From the NCBI RefSeq assembly GCF_004010195.1, contig NC_057728.1, positions 52,468,401 to 52,532,400 on the forward strand: a stretch of DNA of 64,000 nt, written 5' to 3'. Below are positions 25,474 to 38,600 of the stretch, one piece after another. Position numbers and translations under genes: made by a program. Below the pieces are notes generated by a model. It saw nothing but the letters and a program-made list of their open reading frames with translations. It was not told where the DNA came from and ran no database searches. Every line of letters begins with the position of its first letter. Position 1 is the stretch's first letter. Source of the DNA: Chiloscyllium plagiosum. Lineage: Eukaryota.

Positions 25474-27893
25474 GTTCCTCCTTTTATCATTTCATGATAA
25501 CCACTGAGATGGCATTACTAGCTTTCGTAAGACTGACAGCAACATTTAAGCAAGTCATTGACACATACGATGATTATAACAACAAAAAATACTTGTCCGT
25601 TACAGTAAATAGAATTTAAGGAATCCTCCCATGTGGAAAATAATCCACCAGTAAAGTTCTTAACTCCACAGTCCTTTGTGACCACTCCATCCCCTCCAAG
25701 TCAAGTGGAAATGACCCAGTTCTTCAAAATTTCCTTCAGTAAAGTCCAACCTGAAAACACAATTCAGTCTTCTTGCATCACTCCTCGGAGAAATCTGATT
25801 TCTTGGTTAAGGGCAGTTAAATGCTTCACAAAACTGAGACTTCCATCTTACCGGAGATGCTTCAGATGGAGGATACCAGCGCATCTGAGTGTGCAGAGCA
25901 GCTTCAGCTACAGCAGCAGGCTCGGTGAATGCAGCATATTTTGCTGCATTTGTTCCCACTGTGCTGTTCAATGTAACAAAGACAGCTGGATGTTGTGATG
26001 ATAGCTTGATTAGTGAACCTTCATATCCCTTAAATGATCGAAAGACAGGTAAAGCTCACGTGGTTTAATGACTGTAGGAAGGCCAGTGACAAAATGCATA
26101 CCGACCACCTCTTCACTATTGTTAGTTTCGTCATTTTCTTCATGACTGAGGAGCTGATTGAATCCATTGGATCAGGTTGTGGGGGGGTGGGCGGTGGTCC
26201 GAAGGTGTGCTTTACCTGTGAATGGAGAAACTCTCGAGACGATATTAGCTGCTGACAAAATCTTTGCATTTCCTCCCTCACCCCGTCCTTGCCAAGGTGG
26301 TTATTAGCTTAAAGACAGTCACACATTTAACTACAGTAAATTGTGTCTGCCTATTTCAACATTCTTTGAATTCTTGAAGTCTATTACTCTGTTCACTATT
26401 TATGACATGATCAAGTTTTGTACAATTGTACAGCCTAAACAATTCAGTCATTTATAAACAGCAACCAATGGTCCTAAAATCAAGCCCTCGGGTACCTCAT
26501 TCAGGTTATTCAAAAATTATATTCCTTTAACAAATTGATTCTTGGCTAATGTGAAAACTGTCAGGATAAGTATGTCAAAAGTCTGAAACAGCAAGAAAAC
26601 AAAATGTTTCCTGTGCTTGAGCAATTGAAGAGGCAGTTTCAGTTCAGATTTAAATCTTCGTGGGAAACAAATGCTGAATATTTTAAAATATGTTTTCCAA
26701 ATGGAATTTTCCAGTATAAGTCAGAATTACAGAGGCAACTTTGGTAGCGATCAACATTCTTTGAGTTTGCAATATGAAGGAGGCCAATGGAGTCTGAACA
26801 AAAATTAACAGAATTTGAGCAGCTCAGCCTCAAGTTCTAATATTCTCTAGAAAATCCTAACAAAACATCAAAATAAAAATGCACTTCTTTTTGTGAACAC
26901 TCTGCATTAAAAACACAACAGCAAAGATACTATAATACAATACTGTCATCTGGTTAAAGCATAACCACTAACCCACTGTGTTTTTTAAACAAGCATTGTA
27001 GAATTTCAAACACATCAGGGGCTCAAAGTCCCAAATCAATTTGTTTTAAGGTTACACTTTTGATAATTTTGAAAAGGACGTAATGTTGTACAATTTCAAT
27101 GTAAAACAAAATCTGCCCCATTATGCAGCCCACAAAACACATTGAATTGAGATCCTGATTCAAACAAGGTAAAACAGTTACTTAAAGGGATTTTCTGAAC
27201 CAGTGTTTTAACAAACCAAAAAAATTTAAACATCAAACATATTCAGCATGGCACAATTTTTATTGAAACTGTCCCTTTTCAATTCAAGAATTAGTATACC
27301 CTTAATTTCAACGTTTCTCGCTTTTATTTTATTTTGCATCCTGTCACTGAAATTACACTTAGCCCTTGTAGCAGACCACATGGCGCCACAATCCAAGACA
27401 CACACTCCCTCCAGAACAAAGACTCGCAGAGCCTCAAGTTTCGCCACTAGGGAACTTTAACCCCTTTCTCATGTTACTCCTCACCGTGGCTCGAACCCCA
27501 ATTAAGCACAGAGAGTGCGAAGCTCAGCACGGTGCTGAGGACTTGAACCTCAAATCAACCCATCCCAGGGGAGTCAAACCCCAGTACTGCACAGAGGACC
27601 TGAACCTCAAACCCCCCCCTCCCCCAATGCAGCACAGAGGATTTGAACCTCTGCCTGCCAGCGGGCTTGTGAAACTGTGTCTCTCAACTGAGCTAATTAC
27701 CGTTCAAAGATTCCTTAGAATAGAGAGCAATCGATCAAGGGAACTGTCTCCGGCACACAGGAATATCGAGAGGGACCAAGGTTTAAAGTCTTACCTTGTG
27801 GGCCTATCCGTCTTGAGACACCGATGTTCCGGGCAGCTGCTGACACTGTCCGATCGTAACTATCCATTTGGATCCTGCCGACTGCGCCAATAT

Positions 27894-28408
27894 TGTCAGC
27901 CCTTCTCCCCCCTCAGTTGAAGTAAATCACTCAGAGACACAGTATGGTTTTACTTACTTCAACTTTATTCCAGGCCCTGGAGGAAGAGACAATGGTCGCC
28001 CATGTGCACAAAGACACAAGTTCAGTCTTCTCTGGAACAGCAGTTTCTCGATGAACTATGTAGTCATTTTACAGATATGGCGACATACATATCAATTGAG
28101 TGACCATTACAATCAGTGAGCATCACCAGTAAAGATTAAGCCATCTGCTGTTGGACAATGAATAACTGACTTCACATAATGATTACTTTTCACCTTGTTG
28201 AACTGACCTCGCGTACTGAATGCTTCCAATATTGTTAAATGGCTCCACATAATGAATGCTTTTCTACCTTATTAACCCATTACCCTTGCCTGCAGCACCC
28301 TATTGTTAACTGTAAGTTCCTATCTGATCTGAGTCACGCTCAACTGAACCTTTTGTTTCACAAAACTCAACCCTTTCCCTGCCTGCATTTACCCTATACA
28401 CATTCTCA
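27894..28408 (-). repeat. 5' LTR (515 bp)
   Basis: Minus strand starts TGAGAATG and ends CTGACA, followed after 4 nt by the PBS; AATAAA at 27964-27969; 108/120 identical to the 3' LTR over 28161-28280 vs 25221-25340 (hand count). Confidence 0.9.
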
Positions 28409-29512
28409 CTCCCAAAAATGGAAGTGTAAGGATAGAGTCATAAGGTTTTATGAAAGAGACCCTTCGGCCTGTCAAGTTCATGCTGGTCATCAAGTACTTA
28501 TCTACTCTAGCTCCTCTTTCCAGCATTTGTCCTGTAGCCTTGTACAGCATGGTACTTTACATTCTGCTAAAATGTTTGTGATGGTTCCTGCCTCTACCAC
28601 CTTTTTAGCCAGTGAGCTCCAGCAACCCACTGGAAACAAAATCTTTAAATCTCATCTGGTTTTATCTTAAAATTATGCTTCTGGTTATTGATCCATTAAC
28701 TGAGTGGGAAAAGTTTCTTCCTCTCGACCTATCCATGCCCCTCATAATTTTGTATGTCTCGATCAGGTCCTTGCATCAGCCTTCTTTGCTCAGGATAGCA
28801 GCCTATCTGGTGTATCTTCATAGCTAAAAGGCTTCAGCCCAGGCAACATCCAGGTGATGATGCTCTGCAGTCATTTCCTTCCTATTGTGTGGCAATCAGA
28901 AATCCAGGATCCTGAAGCTTCTTACAAACAACACTTCATTAATATTCTAAACCTTGCTTGCTTTTGATTCTCAATTTTTTTTTACTGGATTTGAACCACA
29001 AATAAGTAGTGATCTGCCCTGTGTACAATTGGTATCAGCTGTGGCTTCGATATTAAAATTCTTACCCATGATTCGGAGGTTTGTGGGTTAGAATCCTATT
29101 ACGCACCAAAACCAAGGCTTCAGATTCCAGCATGTAACTGAGTGAAAGCTGGATTGCTGGAGGTGCTGTCTTTTAGACCTAGATGCCAGTGGATGTAAAA
29201 TATCCCATGGTACCATTTAAAGAAATTATGTTTTGTACAGGTGGTCGAGGATAATTTAGAAGAATTTCATAGCAAAGCTAACCTTCCAATTTACATGGAA
29301 AATATATTAGTGCAGGTTGGGCTGAATCTTGGCCTACACAGATTAATCAGATTTAAATGACCTGATTGCTTTATACTTTGTCAATAGACTCTTGTCTACA
29401 TAAGATTGAGTTTAAATCTATTTGTAAATTGGGCAATAATTTTTTTTTATCTGGTGTCACTCATACGTAGGTTTTAAAGTTGATCTAACGATGACATTGT
29501 TTCCCTACACAG

Positions 29513-29731
29513 GAAAGGAGCCATAAATCCTATCGACCACTCACTGTGCTCACATTTCGATTAAACTACCTTTTCAGTGAACTGAATTCAGCTTTCTACC
29601 ACCTCTTGAATCTTGTCCTGCATGCAGTGGTTTGCATAATTTATCTCAAAGTATGCCAACTGTTTCTGGACAGGAAATCTAGCCTGATTGCTTCCCTGCT
29701 TTTTGCAGTTCATCCAATTCACACTGAAGCG
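29513..29731 (+). CDS. TMTC3: TMTC3 exon 3
   Basis: [19 protein letters not shown]...[11 protein letters not shown]; cag| and |gtgagt; 219 nt. Confidence 0.97.
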
Positions 29732-32700
29732 GTGAGTAAGGATTTAGACGTGTGCACGTGAGGCTTATACAATCTTAACTGAAGTCAGATGTGCAAAAGT
29801 CAGTGTTATAATAAAATAGAAGCTCCTCTTGCACTCCCTGCTTTTTCACTTTTTAAGTGTAACACAAAATGTTTCCCCAATGGAGCTGAATTAACTCTCA
29901 GGTTTCAGCTTTACTATTGATCTTAATGAATTCTTCACTCATAGGTCCGCAACATTGAATAGTTATGGAAGAAGTCCTATAGTTGTTAGGTGGTACATTG
30001 GGACAGCAGGGGTTACATGATGAATGAAAGATCAGATGGCCTTAATTATTTAGAGCGCTTGTGGTACAATGTGATGTCCTTACCTCTGAGGCAGAAGGTC
30101 CAGTTTCAAATCCCACTTGCCATGGAGCTGTATCATTACATGTCCTTATAGATTTATTAAAAATAATTTTTCCAATGCCAGACAGAGGGTCTTGTGGCAC
30201 AGTGGAAATGACCCTACCTCTGTGCCAGAAGGTCCAGGTTCTAGCTCTACTTCCGATGTGTGGCCATGGAGATGTCCAAACAGTGTGATTTTAAATGGAG
30301 TTGCTTGCTGGTCATGTACTCCTTTGGGAGGAGAGGACCACAGATGTGATTTTTCTTGGTAACCAAGTGTCACCTTCCAGGTAGCTGTTTGAAGCTTCAT
30401 TGATATGATTTTCAGGATTCACTGCACCCACATTTTGAGTGTAGCTTTCTGGCTGGTTATTCGTAGATGGATCAAGGCTCATCTGTTGTGGTGGGATCTG
30501 GAGGTAATGATTCTTACAGAATCCAAATGTAATAACCAGTGCCAGTCACTGTGTGGCACAAGTGAGCTTTGCAGTGTGCTTTGTCTAAGGCTAGTTTTCA
30601 TTTCAGACTTAAATAGATTGGTAGAATTTAGAGCACAGACTCAGATCATTCAGCCTTATTGAGCTATACCAATGTTAATACTCTGCATGAGCCTCCTTAC
30701 CTTCCAGTTAACCTTATTATCACATTATCCTTTATCCCTCAACTGGTGTCCCCTTGTTGAATCTTTTTGCTTCCGTCACTCCGTGCGGCAATGACTTTTA
30801 CATTCTAAGCACACTCGGTGAAGAATTCCTTATTTAATTAATTAATGATTATCTTATAGACCTTAATTTTGGACTTGCCACAAATGGAAGCATTCTCAAT
30901 ATGTCTTCTTATCAAATCCTTCCAAAATTTTAAAGATGAGTGCTCATAATTGGCTAAGTATTTAACAAATGTCGTTGAATGAATCTTAAGTGGGAGCTTT
31001 CACTGTTTGCTATTTGTGATCTGATTAGACTAACAAGGGTATTTGTGATTTCTCAACAGCTGACAGCTGAAATCCTCCCGAACGAATTTTACTTGAATGT
31101 AACAAAGTGAGGTTATATAGAAATGCAAACATAAAAAATTGAACATGCATCACTTGAAATTATTAATACGTTATAATTTGAGAAAAGCTATTTAGAAACG
31201 TTAATTTTGTTCCTTTTGTATCCAATATGTTGACAACTAATGTTGTATGCTGAGTTCCCCAGCATGTGTCATTGGTAATAAGCCCACCAGTTTTTTAATA
31301 GAATTTTGAGTGCATTTTAAGCTAATGAAGTGAAAGCAATTCTTTCTCTCCCTCTGTCAGTTTGAGGTTTGTGCATCATCAGACTGAATTCTTTATGGGT
31401 TCCAAGTCTGAAGCACAAAATGAGGTAGAAATGTCAAAGTATCTCAGAGCACTTGAGGAATGAGAATGGAGATAGATTCAAACTGTCGAGAACCTGTGGT
31501 GACCCTGGAGCACAAGTACAATTGGAGAATCACAGTCTGTTCTGTGTGGAGCAAAGTTGTAAATGTGACTAAAAAAGATTTCACTATTCACCATAAAGTA
31601 CAAAGATCATTCAACTCCAATATTGAGCTGATGACTCATCTGAGATTCATATGATGGAGAAGTTCTTGGTCATGACATTGGGTATGGAATCTTGGTTGTG
31701 TCCCATCAGACCATATTAATATGCCCTGTCTCAATGGTTACAGGAGCTCATTTAGTGGCAAACCTATTATATCTGATATGCAAATTACTACATTTGGACT
31801 GATTTTCCAGTTTGAATATTCTTAGTTAGGGATGCAGTGGTGTGGTGGTAATGTTACTGACTAATAATCCAGAATTCCAGGCAAATGTCCTGCGGGGCCA
31901 AGGAGTAGGACAGTTAAAGTCTGAATTCAATTTTTTAAAAATCTGGAATTTAAAAGTTTAATTTAACCACAACCATGTAATCATTGTCATAAAAAGCCTA
32001 TCTGGCTGGCTGATGTCCATTAGGGTAGGAAATCTGCTGTCCTCACCTACATGTGACTCCAGACCCACAGCGAAGTGATTGACTAACTCTTAACTGATCT
32101 CTGGGTAATTAGTGATGGAGAGGGACCAGCGATATTCTCATCCTGTGAATGAATTTTAAAAACTAGATTGCTGTTCCTTCATTGTTGTTGGGTCAAAATC
32201 CTGGAACTCTTTAAAATAGCACTGTAGTTGTGTCTGCATGTAAGGACTGCAGTGGTTCAAATCAGCAGTTTGGGGTAGTTGAGGGTGGATAATAAATATT
32301 GAGCCTGCCAATGGCATCCAAGTCCCATAAATAAGCAAAAGGTCCATGTGAGGGTTGACAGAGTCTCTGTTTTTTTTCCATCTCATACAGATAACACCTT
32401 CAATAGTGGTGCACCCCCTCAGTAGAAGCAGTAAAATACCAGCTGAGATTTTGTGTTTGACGTTCTTGGTTGGGATTTGAAGGCACTTGTGGAAAGGTGG
32501 TAGCTTAAAATGTGCTGGAGAAGCACAGCAGGTCAGGCAGCATCCAGGGAACAGGAGAATCGACGTTTCGGGCATAAGCTCTTTTTCAGGTGGTAGCCCA
32601 CTGTTGAGGAATGAGGTGTTGTTCTGAGGTTAAAGGTAATAGCTCATGGTTAAGCAGAGCAGAGGGAGTTTTGCTATGCATTTGCAATTCACCTAGTTAG

Positions 32701-32849
32701 CACAGATGTCTTTCAAATCAATGTATGTATTTTAAAAGCACTACTGATCTTTGAATGGAAGATGTTTAAGATAGAGTTTGGATTGAATGCATTTTATTTA
32801 TGACTTTTAAAAATCACCTCAGCATTTGGAAATTTTGCAACATATCCTC

Positions 32850-34147
<1,298 letters not shown>

Positions 34148-36166
34148 TGAGCAAAGTTTAATTCCCGCATATTCAGTGAACATTTCATGACCACGAGCAG
34201 CTGGTTTAAAGATTTAAAATATTGCATTTACACTCTTTGACAATTTCCAGACTACTTATTTTAAGGTGGGCTTTTTGTCTATTAGTTTTGAAAATGGAAA
34301 ATGAACAAGACAAAATCAATTTTAAACTTTCACCACGTGAATGCCCTGCATGATCTTGAAAAAGGTCTGTTTTGAGTAACCTTTTCCATGTCAAGCTGTT
34401 AATTTGATCATAGTTCTTGGTTTCTTTGCGGATGAGACCCATTCTTAAATACCCTCAAACTGAGTGCTTACTAGACAATTTCAGAGGGCCAACCAGAGTA
34501 TTTTGAGCGTCGAGTTACATGTAAGCCAGCTGTATGGTAAATTTCCTTCCTAAGGGGCATTAGTGAACCATATGGATTTTGGCAGCAGTTGATGACAGCA
34601 GTCATGGTCACTGTCATTGAGATTAACTTTAAATTCCAGATGTATTAATTGGATTTAACAGGTGGAATTTAAGCCTTGTCTCAGAGCATTAACTCTGCCT
34701 CTGGATGACTCGTACTGTGACATTACCACTATGCTGACATTCATGATAAACCATAGACACAGGTGTCTATCCTGGCTCCATGGTAGAGCTGGCTGATAAG
34801 TCGCACTCATTATTGCAGTCCTGCAATTCTTTGTAAAAGATTTATCCAATTGCTTTTTTGATCCCTAGCAAATTATAGTCAAAGGGAATTGGGGAAAAGT
34901 GTCTGCTGGTTGGAGTCATGCCATTACAAAAGGAAGATGGCTCTGCCTGCTGGAGACCAATTATCTCAAAGCCAAGACATTACTGTAGGAGTTCCTTAGT
35001 GAAGACTCCTCGATCCAGCCAGCTTCAGTTACATCTTCAATGACATTTCCTCCATCAGGTGGTCGACAGTAAGGATGGTAATTGAGTATTCAGTCACATT
35101 TCCAACTGTTCTGATTCTAAAGCAGTCAATGCCTGCATGCAGCAAGGCTGAGCAACATTCAGGTTTGGGCTGGTAATTGAACGTCACACACCACAAAAGT
35201 GCCAGTAAATGACCATCTCCAACAAAAGAGAATCTAACTATTTCCCAATGACTGTCAGTGGCAATACAGTTGCGGGATCCCACAACATTTCCATTGACCA
35301 AGAACTGTGCTGGCCCAATCATATAAATACTGTGCTTATAAGAACAGGTCAGAGGCTTGGAGTTCTGTGGCAGATAACTCACCACTTCACTCCTCAAAAC
35401 CTATTAGCTAACCATAACGTGCAAGTATGGAGTGGGATGCAACACCTTCCACTTGCTTGGATGAATGCAGCTCCAACCACACTCAGTCAGCAGCATGCAG
35501 GACTAAACAACCAATTTGATTGGCACCCCATCCATCACCTTAAATGTTCACCCTCGCCAATGCATAGTGGCAGCAGTGTGTACCAGTTACAAGATGCAGT
35601 GCAACAACGCAACCCCCCCCCAGGGTGGTTTGACAGCATCTTCCAGATCCTCGATCCCTCCTACCTGGAAGGACATGATGCCTGCAAATTTTCCTTCAAG
35701 ACAACCATGCCACCCTGATTCAGAACTATGTTGCCGTTGTTAGATGAAAATCTGGAACTAGCTATCAATGCTTTTTCCAAATTACTTACTGCCTTCTGTT
35801 ATGCTGCCATATGAGTTTTTAATTCACCTCAGAGGCCAGACAGCGTTTAACAAGGTACTCAGACAGAGTTCCTTTTGGTGCCTTTGTCAATATTTATTCA
35901 TCAACCACTGCCTTAAAATAAGATTTTCTGGGCAATATCTTGTTGGTTATAGAAACTTGTGCACTTTCTTTTGAAACATTTCTGACTTTACAATGGTGAT
36001 TGCGCTTAGTCATAAGCTACTTTGGGGGGGCTTCTGTAGTTGTAAAAAAAAATCATAATTACAAGTTTTTCTTGTATTTGCTGTAATGTTTTACACAGAA
36101 AAGCTGCACTTTGTTGGGAGAAGTGTGGATTGAATTAAATGAAATAAGTTATCTTTTCTTTCTCAG

Positions 36167-36282
36167 TGTGGACTCCTATTGTGGTCACTGTGATATTGGT
36201 TGCTGTTGCAACTTTATGCAAGGAACAAGGAATAACAGTCATCGGCATATGTTTTGTCTATGAAATCTTTGTCGCCCAAGGA
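36167..36282 (+). CDS. TMTC3: TMTC3 exon 5
   Basis: (V)[38 protein letters not shown]; cag| and |gtaagt; 116 nt. Confidence 0.97.
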
Positions 36283-37323
36283 GTAAGTATAATACTGTAA
36301 ATGAAAGCAGGTTATTATTGAATCCCATGTGGTTGAAGTCCTCTTTGTGGATCATGTAAATGCATATTCTGGGGGACAGAATAGCCTGAGAAGCTCTGTC
36401 CACTGGCAGAAGGCTCTACAACTGGAGGACATGATTAGCCAGCAAACTCACCAAAGGGGAGATGATGAGAATTGTTTATTGTCTGGAGATAAGGAGGGTG
36501 ATCAGATGCAACGGAAAGGTTTAATGTACATTTTTGCAGGTTTTGAGGGGAGGTGATGTGTGGGAGCAAAGCGTTTCCAGGCTCCCACGCATCACCTCTG
36601 CTCAAAACCTGCAAAATAAAACCTCTACTCATTACTTGCTGAATTGTCGAGTACCAAAGCAGGCTCAGACTTCATGGGTGCCTTACTAGATCTTTGAAAG
36701 GCCTCAGTGCAAAATCAAGTTTAGATTAATCGATCCTCAAAAGACCAACTACTGCTATGTTCCTTGGAATTGCTATTGTGTCCTTAAAATTGAATGTTAG
36801 CAAGTAAGCACAAAAAACATTGAGAACTTGCTGGAAAAGGATGCCTTATTAGGTGAACCTCTTACTCAGGTTGAACAGTTTCTGTGCCATAACTTGGAAG
36901 TATGAGCTGATATCAGTATGTTGAGGACAATGGAGCAATCAGAGAACTTGATTAGCATTCCATTAGGAATATTCACGTTGTTAGAAGGGAACGTGTGTTC
37001 CACGGCAAGAACAATAAGCAATTATGTACCTGTCCAGCATCATCTCAAAAATAAACAAGGAGTCTAAGGGTGAAATTCCATGATAAGCTGCAATTGGCAA
37101 AGTTGGAATAATAGAATACATGAAGGAATTTGTAATTCCTATGTCTCAATCCCCTGAACTCACTGACAGACGGATTGGTGGTATTAAAATCCCTATAAAT
37201 AATTAATATGCTGTTAATTTTCCAGCAAGCTTTAGCTGAAAGAACTCAGCTTTTCGTTAACTTAAGAGTTGTGATAGCTGAATGCAGTTCCTTTTAAGTA
37301 ACGATTGTTGATCTTTCTTGCAG

Positions 37324-37496
37324 TTCACTTTGCCAATTCTGGGGGAGATTGTGGTCCACTTGGTACGAGGGAAAGGCAATCTGCCATCATGGGTTCTCCA
37401 GACACTAATCAAACTTATTTTTTTGATGCTGAGCACTCTTCTGCTTGTCATTGTCCGAGTTCAAGTCATTCAGTCCCAGCTACCCATTTTCACCAG
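37324..37496 (+). CDS. TMTC3: TMTC3 exon 6
   Basis: FTLPILGE...[14 protein letters not shown](R); cag| and |gtaaat; 173 nt. Confidence 0.97.
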
Positions 37497-37812
37497 GTAA
37501 ATTATGTTTTACTTAATCACTTGACATAACTTGGGTAGAACTCAAATCTGGGGGCCGTAAATGCAAGAGAACCAGTCATATGTCTGAGAAAATTCTTTAC
37601 CCAGAGAGTTGTGGAAATGTGAAATTCATTACCGCTGGAGATACTTAATGCCAGTAACGCAAATGCATTTAAAAGGAAGTGCATGAGGGAGAAAGAAATA
37701 CAAAAATATGTAGATAGAGTTCAGTGCAGGTGAGAAGAGGGTCATGGAACATAAAAACTCGAATGAACATTTGGCTGAATAGTCTGTTTCTGTGCTGTAA
37801 ATTGTGTTTTCT

Positions 37813-38185
37813 CATAGAGTCGTAGAGATGTACAGCAGGGAAACAGACCCTTCGGTCCAACTCGTCCATGCCGACCAGGTATCCCAACCTAACATAGTCC
37901 CACTTGCCAGCACCCAGCCTATACCCCTCCAAATCCAAACCCTTCCTATTCATAGACCCATCCTGATGTCTTTTAAATGTTGTAATTGTATCAGCCTCCA
38001 CCACTTCCTATGGCAACTCATTCCGTACACACACCACCCTCTGTGTGGAAAAGTCGCCCCTTAGGTACCTTTCATATCTTTCCCCTCTCACCCTAAACCT
38101 ATGCCCTGTAATTCTGAACTTTCCCCACCCCAGGAAAGAGGCTTTATCTATTTACCCTATCCATACCCTTCATGATTTCTATACA
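37813..38185 (-). mobile_element. CR1/HER1-type LINE 3' end
   Basis: Reverse complement of the same tail as 12100-12418. Confidence 0.85.
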
Positions 38186-38301
38186 ACTATTGGTCCTGGA
38201 AGCCTGTTTCACCCTTGGAAATATTCGGTTCAAGCCAAAGCATTTATATGTTTCTTCTGACCATTGAAACCAGTTTAGGGAACATTCTGATCATCTCTGG
38301 A

Positions 38302-38600
38302 TGGGCGGCATGGTTAGCACTGTTGCCTCTCAGTACCAGGGACCCAGGCTCAATTCCTGCCACGGACGACTGAAGTTTGCACATGCAGACACGGGAAGAG
38401 TGGGTTTCCTCTGGGTGCTCCAGTTTCCTCCCATAGTCCAAAGATGTGCAGGTCAGGTGAATTGGTCATGCTAAATTTCCCATAGTGTTAGGTGTATTAG
38501 TCAGAAGAAAATGGGTCTGGGTGGGTTACTCTTTGGAGGGTCAGTGTAGACTTGTTGGGCCGAAGGGCCTGTTTCCACACTGCAGAGAATCTAATCTAAT
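38302..38600 (+). mobile_element. HE1-type SINE
   Basis: Same head and body; (TAATC)n tail. Confidence 0.85.

Larger units (their letters stand above)
25120..28408 (-). mobile_element. Non-autonomous endogenous retrovirus-like LTR element (ERV1-like), antisense in TMTC3 intron 2
   Basis: TG...CA direct repeats 27894-28408 and 25120-25473; 4-bp TSD CTCC (25116-25119, 28409-28412); tRNA-Ser PBS 27872-27889; PPT AAAAGGAGGAAC 25474-25485. Confidence 0.9.

Noticed and set aside
26215..26310. Apparent exon of a nested antisense gene (aag|...cag|gtaaag)
   Set aside because: Lies inside the LTR element, has no partner exons, and is better explained as an integrase remnant
27872..27889. tRNA-Ser gene fragment
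   Set aside because: Only the 3' 18 nt including CCA, adjacent to an LTR end, so it is a primer-binding site
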